Shown here piece by piece: positions 1-11,699 of a DNA stretch of 64,000 nucleotides. The stretch lies in the NCBI GenBank assembly GCA_050084985.1, contig JBITNC010000002.1:23560001-23624000 (forward strand), in the 5' to 3' direction. This DNA is from Nageia nagi (Eukaryota > Plantae > Pinophyta). The notes under the pieces were generated by a model. The model saw only the letters and a program-made list of their open reading frames with translations, was not told the DNA's origin and ran no database searches. The position numbers and the translations under genes are program-made. Numbering within the stretch: position 1 is the first letter of the stretch; each line of letters begins with the position of its first letter.

Positions 1-3000
1 TTTGGCCTTGTTGGTCACTTCCTTATAGGTAAATGGCACCCATGTGACTGGTCCCTTGTACATCCATCCTCCCTTTAGGGACTTCATGGTTGAGTCTAGG
101 TCATATATAACATAGATGGCATCATAAAGGCTCCTAAGTGATGATACCTTGACCATACCCTGTAATGTCTCCATCAAACCCTTAATGAAGAGGAATGTTA
201 GTTGCTCCTATGGAATATGGTGGATCATAATTATGATCTTCTAAAACTCTGACATATTTTTATCCACTACTTATTTCCTCAATGATGTTAGATCCCAAAA
301 GTGGTCATTCTCCCTCTTTAGGTCAAACCTTTTAACAATCTATTTGGCAAACTCATCAAAGGAGGTGATGAGTGAGTAATCCTGCATGATGTAAAGATGT
401 AATGTAAATCACATCCTCCTCCACCATGTTTGGGCTTAAGGTGAAGTCTATAGCTAGTGCAATCATGCCCTATAAGTCATCCACTTTCCATCATACATAT
501 GTACCTGCAACTTATTTATTTTATGTTGTGGGTATCTCTTATCTCCCCATGAGATGGTACAAGTGTGTGGATGATGGGAATTACTCCCTTTCAAACATAG
601 TATTTTTGGTAGTCATTGAAGTTGACATATCTCTTCAATCCTAGATCTAACACGGAATACTCTTTGAAAATATGATTCAAATCTAATGGACCAAGAACCC
701 TATTCTACATTTCCTCCCTAAATTTCTTTATGAACATGATCTTGGATGTCTTATGGATGATGGGTTGTTCCCCCATCCTACCATCCTCCTCCTCTAGGTA
801 CATCCCTAGAATAGGGTTAGTATTGTGTGGTGCTTGATGTGAATGGGATCTCAAGAATGTGGGTTCTATACACTACATAGATCCATAGTGTGTAGACTCC
901 TGATCTCTCAAACTATGACTTGCATCCCAATCTACCCTATCTTCATCATGCGATACCTCTCTTTCACTTGATATATGATGTGGGGGGATGACTTGCCTCT
1001 TTTACTTCTCATGAACTCCCACATACCTATTAGCTTCCATTTCATGGTGGTGATGGCTCTTATCATGTTATGGATGGTCAAGATGAGCTCATTAAACTTT
1101 GATTCAAGTGTAGACTCCTAAACCAGAGTAGAGCCTTTTCTATTGGATGATGTAGAACTTCTTCTTGGCATATCAATCTACTCTTTATATGCACCCTCAT
1201 TTGGTACCTTATTTATCCATGATTGATGATCCTCTTCATGGATGATCCTAGAAGGTGTTTCTTTGGTATGTGACTTTCTACTCTTTCTTCCAAATGTCGT
1301 CTCTCTTTGAATGTTGGATATGGTATAATAGCAATGTACTGTAGGTCTCATATAAAGGTTGACCAAATCTAGGCTTGAATACCAATATAAAGATTTAAAC
1401 ACAAACTGAAGTACAAATCATCAAATTCATTTACAAAAACCCTAACGTCTAACCTAAGGCATCGATGAAGTTTTGGGATGCTCCTAGATCAGTTAAGACC
1501 ATCACATCCTTTCCACTTGCTTTCTCCATAATCTTCAGTGCTAGGTACTTATTCACCCCATGTAGTAAAGCAATTATGCTCGTTAATGTATCATGTTCCC
1601 TCAGTGCCTCTTGATCTATGATTTCCATGCCAAGATCTAAATCTAAATCATCTGACCCATTCTCAAAAAATACATCTATGTAATGCACCTATCCCTTGCC
1701 TTGGCAATGGTTCCCTATCTCCCAAGTCTTATTGCAGTAGATACACTTGCGTTCCTACCTAAATTTCCTTTATGTGGCTTTGTCCAATTGGTTAATTCAA
1801 GGTAGGGCTAAGGGTTTGGCCTTGTTAGTCCCTTCCTTGTAGGTAAATGGCTTCCATGTGATTGGTCCCTTATACATCTATCCTTCCTTTAGGGACTTTA
1901 CGATTGATTTTAGGTCATATATAGATCAGATGGCATCACAAAGGCTCCTAGTTGAGGATACCTTGACCATGCCCTGTAACATCTCCATCAAACCCTTAAT
2001 GAAGAGGAATGTTAGTCACTCTTATGGAATATGGTGGATAATAACTATGATTTTCTAGAACTCTAACATATTTTTACCCACTACTCCTTATTGCCTCAAT
2101 GTGTTAGATCCCAAAAGTAGTCATTCTCCCTCTTCGGGTTAAACCTTTTAACATTCTACCTGGCAAACTCATCAAAGGAGGAGATGATTGAGTAATCCTG
2201 CATGATCATCCCATGCTACCAATAGGATAAGGAATCATCCTCAAAATGTAAATATGTAACATAAATCTCATCATCCTCCACCATGTTTGGGCTTAAGGTG
2301 AAGTAAGTCTATAGCTAGTGCAACCATTCCCTAGAAGTTATCCACTTTCCATCATACCTATTTACTTGTAACTTATTTATTTTATGTTGTGGGTATCTCT
2401 TATCTCCCAATGAGATTCTAGAAGTGTGTGAACAATGGGAATTACTCCCTTTGAACCCTAGGATTTCCAAGTAGCTATTGAAGTTGACATGTCTCTTCAA
2501 TTCTAGATCTAACATGGAATACTCCTTAAAAATATGATTCAACTCCAATGGATCAAGAACCCTATTCTTCATTTCCTCCCTGAACTTCTTTGGAAACATG
2601 GGCTTAGATGGATTGGGGATGATGGGTTGTTTCCCCATCCTACCAATGTCCTCCTCTAAGTACCTCTCTAGGAGAGGGTTAGTACCCTATAGTGCTGAAT
2701 GTGAATGGGATATCAATAATGTGGGTTCTAGATGTCCAATAGATCCATGATGAGTAGACTCTAGATCTCTTAAACTATGGGATATCCTCATGCTTGGCTT
2801 TGGATCTTCCCTATCCTCCTCATGTGGCTACTCTCTTTCACCTGAAATAGGATGTGGGGGATTGATTTTTCTCTTTAGCTCCTTATGAACTCCCACATGC
2901 CTATTCAATTGTAATTGCATAGTAGTGATGGCTCCTTTCATTTTATTGATGATTGAGATGAGCTTATCGAATTTTTGTTCATATGTGAAATCCCAAACTA

Positions 3001-4394
3001 GAGTAGAGCCTCTTCTCCTAATCAATATATACCTTCCTCTTGGCATATCATCCTCCTCTCTAGATGCACCCTCATTTGGTACTTCATTCATCCATGGTCG
3101 GTGATTTGCTTCATGGATGATCCTAGAAGTTGTTTCTTTAGGATGTGACTTTTCTCTCTTTCTTGCATATGCCATCTCTCTTTGAGTGTTGGATCTAGTG
3201 TAATAGTAATGTATTATAGGTTTCATAAGTGAGCTGGCTAGATCCAAGCTCGAATACCACTCTAAGTATCCAAACATAAAATCAAGTGCAAATCATCAAA
3301 TTTAATTACAAAAACCCTAATGTTTAGCCTAGGGCATCTAAATCAACCCCAATAATGCAAATATACTAAAGTTTGGCTACAACTAGAAGACATCAATCAA
3401 CACAATCCCATGATGCCAATGTATAGCTCATTCAAACATGTTACATGCCAAAGTAATCAAATGATGCTAATAGAGAAGTATATACACAACACACAATTGA
3501 TATCCAAGTGCAAAACTACTATATAGAAGATATGAATATCACAATAATATAATACAGATTGCCCAAAGCTGGATGTTGGCCTCTAAGGAGCCAACTAGGG
3601 AAATTTGTGTATCCTCAATGTTGTATGGATAAGTAGAATCATAGGATAGCCTTGCTACCTTAGAACTTGAATCCTCTCCATCAAAGGAGCCCTCCTTTAA
3701 TCCTAGATACCAACTAAATGGTAGATGCTCAACCTCTAAATATCATCAAATGGGAAAAGGTGCTACATCAATACCATAGATAATCGAGTTCCCTCAACCT
3801 AATAGCCTTCCTAAATGCTACACCTAGGGGATTTCTTAGTGTTGCTAAGATTTGTTTCCATAAGAAGGTATCAAGAGATAATAGTATAATTAGGTATATC
3901 CAACAATGAGGATCCAATATCTCTTTATACAATCAACTCTATCTGGATCTCATCTAGAATCATCACTTGACTTCTTAATCCCAATGTTAGCCTCTTGGGG
4001 GGGAAATATGCCCAACATGGGTACCTAGGGTCTAAGAGTACCACACATACCCAATATGGGCCTAGGAACCTTACAATGTCATAATGGGATAACATGGGAT
4101 TCTAGGAGTCTCACCAAGGCTAATGTATGTACACAAGTACCTATTCATACATCTAAGTATAAAATAGATCTTGGGATTCCCATAATCAATATCAGAATCT
4201 CCAAGTATAATAAAAATCCTATTGCATACTTGGGAGGGAGACCTCCCACTTGGGGCTCATAGTGGGGCCCATAAACCCATTAAGTCTTCTATGGCAAGCT
4301 ACAACTTGAAAGTAGAATGCAATAATAGAATATATTACAAAGGGAATCTATTGGATTCCATAATTAATGATAATAATACAAGGGGGACATCACA
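1..4394 (-). mobile_element. Ty3/gypsy (chromovirus-like) LTR retrotransposon 5' part: LTR, PBS and tandemly duplicated UTR-gag, degenerate; continues off the window start
   Basis: LTR begins TGTGATGTCCCC on - strand at 4394; TGGTATC PBS core at 3706-3712; gag remnants (YDGK..., CxxC-x6-HC knuckle near 1700-1750); protease motif VLTDLGASQNFID (D-S/T-G-A type) at about 1465-1500; 1-1463 repeats about 1815-3338. Confidence 0.85.
3715..4394 (-). repeat. 5' LTR of the gypsy element
   Basis: Outer TG terminus at 4394 followed by GATGTCCCCC; inner end abuts the PBS; inner boundary approximate. Confidence 0.7.
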
Positions 4395-5275
4395 ATAATC
4401 TTATTGTTAGGAATACAAATTTTGAGGTTTCACATTTAAGTGAATAGTAAGCTATTTGGTCATCTAACATCATTACATCATACTTTTGTTGAAATTTTAT
4501 TACTCTCAAGTTTAAAAGTTTTTTACCTATTTCATTGTAAAATATGTTTTGCATACATTAAAATATAAATAATATTTTTAGTATTATTTTTATTATAATT
4601 TTGAAATCTTTTTGATATATATATACATACATACTTCATTTTTTAATTTTCTTGAAATATAAATAAGTTTTTTATTCTAATTTTATTCATACTTTATAAA
4701 TATTTATAATATAATTTATATATATTTTAATGATTGCATTCAATGTAAAACTCTAATGTACAATTATTATTTTCTATGATAAAAACTTTATCTCTTAGTT
4801 AATGATTCAAATTTTATAATATAACATTTTTTCTATAGATAACACTAAAACAACATCTCATTTAAATATAAAATATGCCAAAATATCTCATTTGAACATA
4901 GAACATTGAAATCAAACTATTTATTAAGAATTACACTTATAAAAATAAATTTGACACCAAATGTATTTAAAATATTTAAGCTGATTTTGTGAACTCATAT
5001 AAATTTTATCCTCAAATTTTGATCATACAATTTCCAATTTTATCTTTTTAATGACAAGTATCATAAGACATAAGGTTAAATAAATCATAAACTCATGGCC
5101 CAATTTAATTTCTAATGATGTATGACGTTTGATTGCCTCTTCAAAAATAAATGAACATATAAATCATAAATCCCATCCTTAATAGTGTATTAAACTCACT
5201 TTTTTATAATTCAAATTATCATATATTATAACAATAATACACTTAATATACTCATCATAAAGTAATTTCCATACA

Positions 5276-7725
5276 TTTTTTTTATAATATTATAGGTGAT
5301 TTTTGAACGAAACCAATAAGATAATACAATTCTAGAATGATACAAAAACTTCTTAGTAACATATACAATGCATACTATGCCTATTGGCAACCTACCTACA
5401 AAAGGCCTTCCAAAGGTGTACACTATCCAATGCCCTTACAGGCCAAAAAAAAACATCAAAAACATAGGCATCACTTAAACATCTAACTCATTACATGCAA
5501 ATTGCTGAAGCTTTTCTACCTATGCAATGATACTATTTAGGCCTACCAGCAAAGCTCCACATAGCACTTCAATATCCTTTTGCAGGACACCCCTTCTCAC
5601 ATGAACCTTCTTCAGAGAACTTTGGATAGTAATCGAGGATGCCAGGGGAGTGGATTCTTTAAAGTACTCCAACTGCTCTTTCATCATGACTTTGGCTTTA
5701 TGCAACGAGTTGCATCTCCCTCCATCAGCCTCCTTCATCACCTTACGCTTATGATTTCCACTTGGTGTTCCAAAATTGACTCCCCTCCTCTCCTCCTTCT
5801 TCAGAGTTAGCCTAAAATTGTCTAAGTTCCCTATCCACCCTTGCTTCTTATCCATATGTTTGGCTACAACTAAGAAAAGTCCTTAGTGCAATACAAACTT
5901 GGTCCTACCTTTCTAGAAGTCTTTTGAAGCTTTTTCAATTCCTTAAATAGGAAATGTGGAACATTGACCCTCTTCTTCCACTACATATGATTCAAAATTA
6001 TGAGATGATCCCCTCTTACCCATGACATTTGGGTATCAAGTGTTATGTAATTCATGATGGTGCCTACCACTTTTGGCCATAGCTAAGGCAATCCCTCCCT
6101 TAGGATATACTTTCTATCCCACCCGATCTTCTCGCTTGACATGAAGAAATTCAGCTCAGTCTATAGGTGCTTGTCCTTTTGAATTTCAAACCTTCATCCG
6201 TCATTCTATATATCTCAGCCAGAATCATTGATGAAATTTTAAACATAAAGGAGCCTATAGTCACATAATCCTCCACCCAACTATTCGTTATCTAAAGCTC
6301 TAGTAACCAATATTTCTCAATATTTCTTGAACATCATCACTAACTAGGAGCTTCAACGATTCTAGGCATATGTCTTTGTGCCCCCATGAGAATCTCTTGC
6401 CTTGCCTTCCACCATTACCATCAAAGCCTTTTGCATATACTCTCTAAACCTCACTTCAGCTATTGACGATAACTCATACAACCCCAAAGTTCTTAAAAAC
6501 TGAAATCATGCTCTCCACTCTTCAGACATTCAATCTTTGCATAGGCATTAATCATAAACTGGATTAGCTTCCAACACGTTCCTCTTATTCATGTGAACCA
6601 TCTAAGGATATTATTTTCTAAGTACGCTCAAAACTATAATGTCGATATCGCACATGAAGCAAGATGGCTTGACACCTTCGTTCATGTTCTTCGATCACCT
6701 GCACTGGCATTGCGTCCCTGTAGTGATAAATCTCATTCACCGCCGATTGATTTTCAACACATTTCAACACCATTGTCTAAGGTCCGAGACACAAAAAAGT
6801 AGAAACTTCCAGAACTTAGCCATTGTTCCTTAGGTTTTGAACTTAAAGCAGTAGAGACATTTCCCACACCTGCTCCCATCCGCTAATTGGTTGGCGTCTC
6901 TGTAGATATGAGATATTGAAACAACATTCGTGTCCTTCACAATCCTTGTGATGTCTTCAATAAAAAAATTTAATAGTCTAAGTCAACCTTTGCAATCCAT
7001 TCAATAGCTCATCAATATTTTTAGAGTTCCCTTTAATCATTAAAGGAAAGAGATCCCACTCACAGTCTAGCAAAACACCTTAATGAACTGCCTTATCATG
7101 AGCGAACTGGCATGATTGATGACCAATTACCTCCAAACAAGCTACTAAAACTTCCCCATTGGCACCCCTCACTACTCCTCCAATTCAAGCCCTTCCCTGG
7201 GGATGGCTTTGACCCCCCACTTAGCAAGTATAGACACTTCTTCCGGAGACTCCCAGTCCCCTTTGAAATGGATTGCATTGAAATTAACCACGGATAAACA
7301 TACAATCCTATTCCATACCTCTAAACAAGTCTACTTCTTTTCCTTGAAGTTGGTGTATTTCTTTCGTTCCATAAACCCCAAAACACATGCGGTCTTACTT
7401 TTCAAGGGAGATTCCCATTGTAAGCAGAGATCAGCAATCGTCCTGTGTATAACCCATACACAATGAAAGGATTCAAACAAATTGGTCCATATTTCTTTAG
7501 CAAAAGAACACGCACAAAAAGATGGTTCTCGTCTTCCTCCTCTCTTTCGCATAAAGGGCATCTACTTGGAAAGGCAAAACCTCTTTTTCTCGGATTATTC
7601 TGAGTGAAGATTCTATTGTGCATGACAAGCCAACAAAACATATGGACTTTAGGAATAAGATGTATGATCCATACCTTCTTAGCCCAAACACTTCCCTTTG
7701 GTCAAGAAGATTCATACCCCGATCT
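5276..7725 (-). mobile_element. 5'-truncated L1-clade LINE (LINE-C): zf-RVT, partial RNase H, extra ORF3, 3' UTR, poly(A)
   Basis: zf-RVT FCWLVMHNRI...PSRCPLCEREEEDENHLF (7402-7641); RNase H C-terminal IKGNSKNI...SHIYRDANQLAD (about 6880-7040); poly(T) on + at 5276-5283; 15-bp TSD AGTAATTTCCA(T/C)ACA at 5261-5275 and 7726-7740. Confidence 0.9.
5520..6390 (-). pseudogene. Degenerate extra ORF (ORF3) of LINE-C, unknown function
   Basis: Translation across stops and frameshifts: NSWVEDYVTIG...REGLP*LWPKVVGTIMNYITLD...GDHLIILNH...VNVPHFL...H*GL, collinear with the ORF at 46830-48454. Confidence 0.7.
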
Positions 7726-8168
7726 AGTAATTTCCACACATTACCTTAATAGGTGAGAGTCATAATAAAATTTATATATTTCCATCATTAAAAATTACTA
7801 GTCCAAAATATTTCCTTGTGACTATTATGCTCTTTTATGTGGTTAAATCCGTTCCTCCTTCTCTTGTTGGTGAAAATGAAGTGTTGCTAAACAATTTCCT
7901 GCTTGCCTCTCTCACACAACGAAATGAAGTCTTGTTTCCCTTTTTAATCTTTGGCAGTGACCATGCAATCTTCTCCTGTGGCTAATCTCACAGACACTTC
8001 TTACATGACCCGCAAACATCTGTTCCACGCCTGTATTTCCTCCTAACGCTCCCAAACTGATTGGGTTTTTCCCACTCCACACACGCCTATCTCCCATCTG
8101 AAGAAAAAGATGAAGAAAAAATAGTACTTTGAAGTTGAAAAATTAGATTTAATATTGAAAACGTCAAT

Positions 8169-9398
8169 ATGTCTGATATGAATGGCTATTGGTGTTCCAA
8201 ACCCGTGGATTTATTGATCTAAAGCCAACCAAAACGACGGCTAATACAGTACAAAGTGGTGACGGTGATCTGAAAAGTTTTGCTAGAAGAAAAGAGTAAC
8301 GGAGTTTCTAAACAGATAACGGGAGTTGCTGGAACACCTTCCTAGAATCGAAAGAGACAATGGAAGATCAACAAAAAATAGAATCCCAAGAGGCAACAAG
8401 GCTTTGTACCTTTTTTTGGCGAACATTGATTGGTTTAATTGGTTGTTATTGTAAACTAGGTGTGGCTGCAGATTATACAGGAGTTGCAGGTTATGACACT
8501 ATTTATTAAAAATGTAAAATATGCCATCAACTTGAGGATACACAAAGTATGAAATGCTTTACATATGATGAATCATTCAAATTCGTTGCATGCTATCCTG
8601 AGTATAAACCCCAATAAACAAAAGCTCTAAGTAAGTACTGCTCAAATACTTCAGAGAACCCTGAAAATTTTCAATTTTATTTAATTTTTAACTAGTATCA
8701 GGCCAAGAAAACTGAACATATAGGAGTGATCCCAGAACAAGTTGCAATTCCATATAATTTTAACTGTGTATAATGTTTCGGAGGAGGAGGAATACAGAAT
8801 ATTGTTCGAAATGTGTTTCGATTCGTCTTTCTCATAGGTTTGCCATTATAGGATTGGCTCTAATTGAATTGGGTACCAGGTTTCGAACAATCCGGGGTTA
8901 TTGTATCGTCGGAGGAGAAACTTTGGGAGAAAAATATTTAGAGGAAAAGATGAAAGATGTAAATTTTGATACCATAGAGTTTCATAGATTGATGCCAACA
9001 TTAAAGTGACTTTTGTTATTAAGTTCAGCATTTGAACTATATTAGACAATAGCAATGTGGATTGTAGAATATATTGCAGAAAAACTGGCAACCTGCATTG
9101 TTATGAGGAAACCTGTCTTCAGTGCAAGGCAATGTTGTACAGAAAGGGTGATAAGATCTCAAACGGACGAGTTGCAAGACAAAACATTCATTGTAAAAAA
9201 TGGCGCAGGTAATACTCCCCTAATTTTTTAAGTATATAATTTGTTTGAAACAGGGTGTAAAATTGTAAAATATCAGGTATATTTTGCTACATACATTATG
9301 ACTTGAGTTGACAAAGCATTACTATCAGAGGTTCAAAAAATGGAACTGTTCTTGTGGCGGAGTGTGGGAAGCAAATCGTGCACATTGCTTGGTACAAG
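8169..9398 (+). pseudogene. Pseudogenised paralogue of the PHD/CW zinc-finger gene at 44858
   Basis: MSDMNGYW.., LKSFARRK, CKICHQLEDTQS, CKAMLYRKGD..CKKWR and LSEVQ..CSC..VW match the intact copy; same exon order; multiple stops and frameshifts; exon-4 acceptor CAG changed to CAA; intron homology continues to about 9720. Confidence 0.9.
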
Positions 9399-10249
9399 TG
9401 AGAATAACGTCGATACAATATTTAATTTAATTTTTATTTTAACATTCACAATGTTTGATTGCCATAATAATAATAATAATAGTTTAAGTGGATGATTGTC
9501 TGGCTCTCGAAGATTTACAGTATCAAAACTCATATTATTTGGTTGGTCAATCAATTTCCCAACATTCCTTCTTACGTGGAATTTTATTATTATTATTTAA
9601 TTTACATATCTCAATCTAATCACTATATCACTCATTGCGAAAATTCATTTTAGATAATATTAAAATTCATGTTCATTCCACCATTTTTATGGTTTACAGT
9701 TTTTTTATTTATTAATCTTTTAGCGTCACCTTCTCTAGGAGGAAGACCAACTTTCATTAAATTCGAATTTCTCATTTCTATAAATTTTTTATTTTAAATG
9801 TGTATCTTAAAATATTATATTAAATATATAAATATATTATAGTTATATATAAAATATTAATACATAATTAACATGAATTATAAGAATGAATATTTTTTAA
9901 ATAAATGAATTCTTATTCTATTTATGTTGGATTCTTACGAGATTTATTTATTTTTATTTGGTGTTTATGATATTTTCAAGATTTTATTAAATGTTAGAAT
10001 GAGTGGTTTAGCCCATGGTTTTCTAATATTACATTATGGTTTAGGTTTCTAGGTTTTTCTATATATTCATTATGATGAATCAATTGTAACGTACTATATT
10101 TGAGGAGAAACTTTTGATATACTTTAAATGTAAACCAAGGTAAATCTTATTTATTCTTTGTGTTTGTAAGATTGTTATGATTAATTAGTTTCTGCCTATA
10201 ATTTCTAAATAAATTTAGATTAAACTCTTCAATTTATACCTTAGTTTAC

Positions 10250-10547
10250 CTTCTGCAATGCATGCTTGTCAGTCGAGATAATTTTTTGAGCTCCAAAACA
10301 AATCGAGGTGTCATTCTAGGTCGTGCTTGAGACTCTGGGCATGTGAGATTTCTTTGTATCTAAACAACTGCATAAACTAAACCGACAAAAGTCGGCATGA
10401 AATCTGTGTTATGCGAAGGAGGAAGGAATGTCTTAAAACGGATTTGGTGTTATCTGAAGGAGATAGAAAATGGGAGGTATAGCCAAGAGGATTCATTGTT
10501 GCCTTATCCCCTTGCAATTTGATTTGCCTTTTGAATTTATTTCAGAG
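10250..10547 (+). promoter_or_regulatory. Candidate unmethylated promoter/first-exon region with an inverted pair of DRE/CRT cores
   Basis: Local CpG retention in a CpG-depleted window; ACCGAC-AAAA-GTCGGC at 10381-10396; donor-like AG/GTTAAT at 10548. Confidence 0.3.
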
Positions 10548-11261
10548 GTTAATTTGACATTTAACAATAATACGAAAGCAATGTTAACAGGAAGCTAAGT
10601 GTTATATTTCTTGTGAATATAAATTTCAAATATCATGTTTTATGTTGGATGTTATTTTAAATGTTACATTTATTGTTATTACAAATGATATGTTTAATGT
10701 TATTTAAATATTAATGCAACAATTTATGTTATATTTAATATTAAGTATAACTTTGAATGTAATATGAAATGTGTTTTTTTATGATATTTGATGTTTTTCA
10801 TGATATATGCATATCATTAATTGCATTTTATGATGTGTTTTTCCCATTTTGAAAGGTTAAGAGGTTGGAATTGATGCTTACAAGACTTTGACACTCGAAA
10901 GATTAGAGGATTCATTCAGGTGTGCATTCTTGAAGCTTACAACATATTAATAATTTAATGCTATTTATTTTATTTATTTTTATGTATTTTAAAGATAACG
11001 AATTTTTTTAGTAATAAATTCATGATTCATAATTGCTTAAAATAAAGTTCATAATAATTAATAAGGTTTATCTTTATTACTTATAAATATTAGAATTAAG
11101 GTCACACATACGTAGATTATTTTAGTTGTACATTTTTTCATAGGAAGGTTATTTATTATTTAAGTACATATTAGTTTTGTTATTAATTTATCAATTTTTA
11201 TAACTAAGAAAATATAGAAGAAAGTATGTTCGAACAAAAATAGTATATTACATGACTTCAA

Positions 11262-11699
11262 TGAGAAGTATTCTAATTTCATTAATCTGAAAAATGAAAT
11301 CATTACATATATAGGTTTTGGACAACTCAAGTTGCATAATCACAACTTGTTACAATCCAATGCAAAAGCAAACTAAAACATGTTAAATATATCCTATCAA
11401 ACTAGGAGAAAATAGGGTGAAACATAAGATCAAAATAGTAACAACAATACTAAAAATGAGGACAAAAATGATAGTCTTATACATGCTAATTTTAGCTTAC
11501 CAAGCTTTGTTTATAGATACGGTAAGCCTAGTGCTTAGGAGGCTAGGTATGATACATATAGGGATGGGTGCAATGCACTTAGGGCATAGTGTGCTGGGAG
11601 TAGTGCCCTCGGCCTAAGCGAGGTAAGCTTGAGAACAAAGATCTATAATTCTTATAAAACTCATACTTGGAGCTCGAGTAGTGAGCCAAGTTTCTAACA
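11262..11699 (-). repeat. Copia-1 3' LTR
   Basis: TG...CA; matches 15886-16255; adjacent to the PPT. Confidence 0.88.

Noticed and set aside
4395-5260. Very AT-rich tract as MITE or regulatory element
   Set aside because: No inverted termini or periodicity seen.
7950-8140. Extra upstream coding exon of the pseudogene
   Set aside because: An acceptor-like site is present, but there are in-frame stops and no counterpart in the intact copy.
8773-9009. 78-aa ORF as an independent gene
   Set aside because: It is intron plus the exon-2 remnant of the pseudogene.
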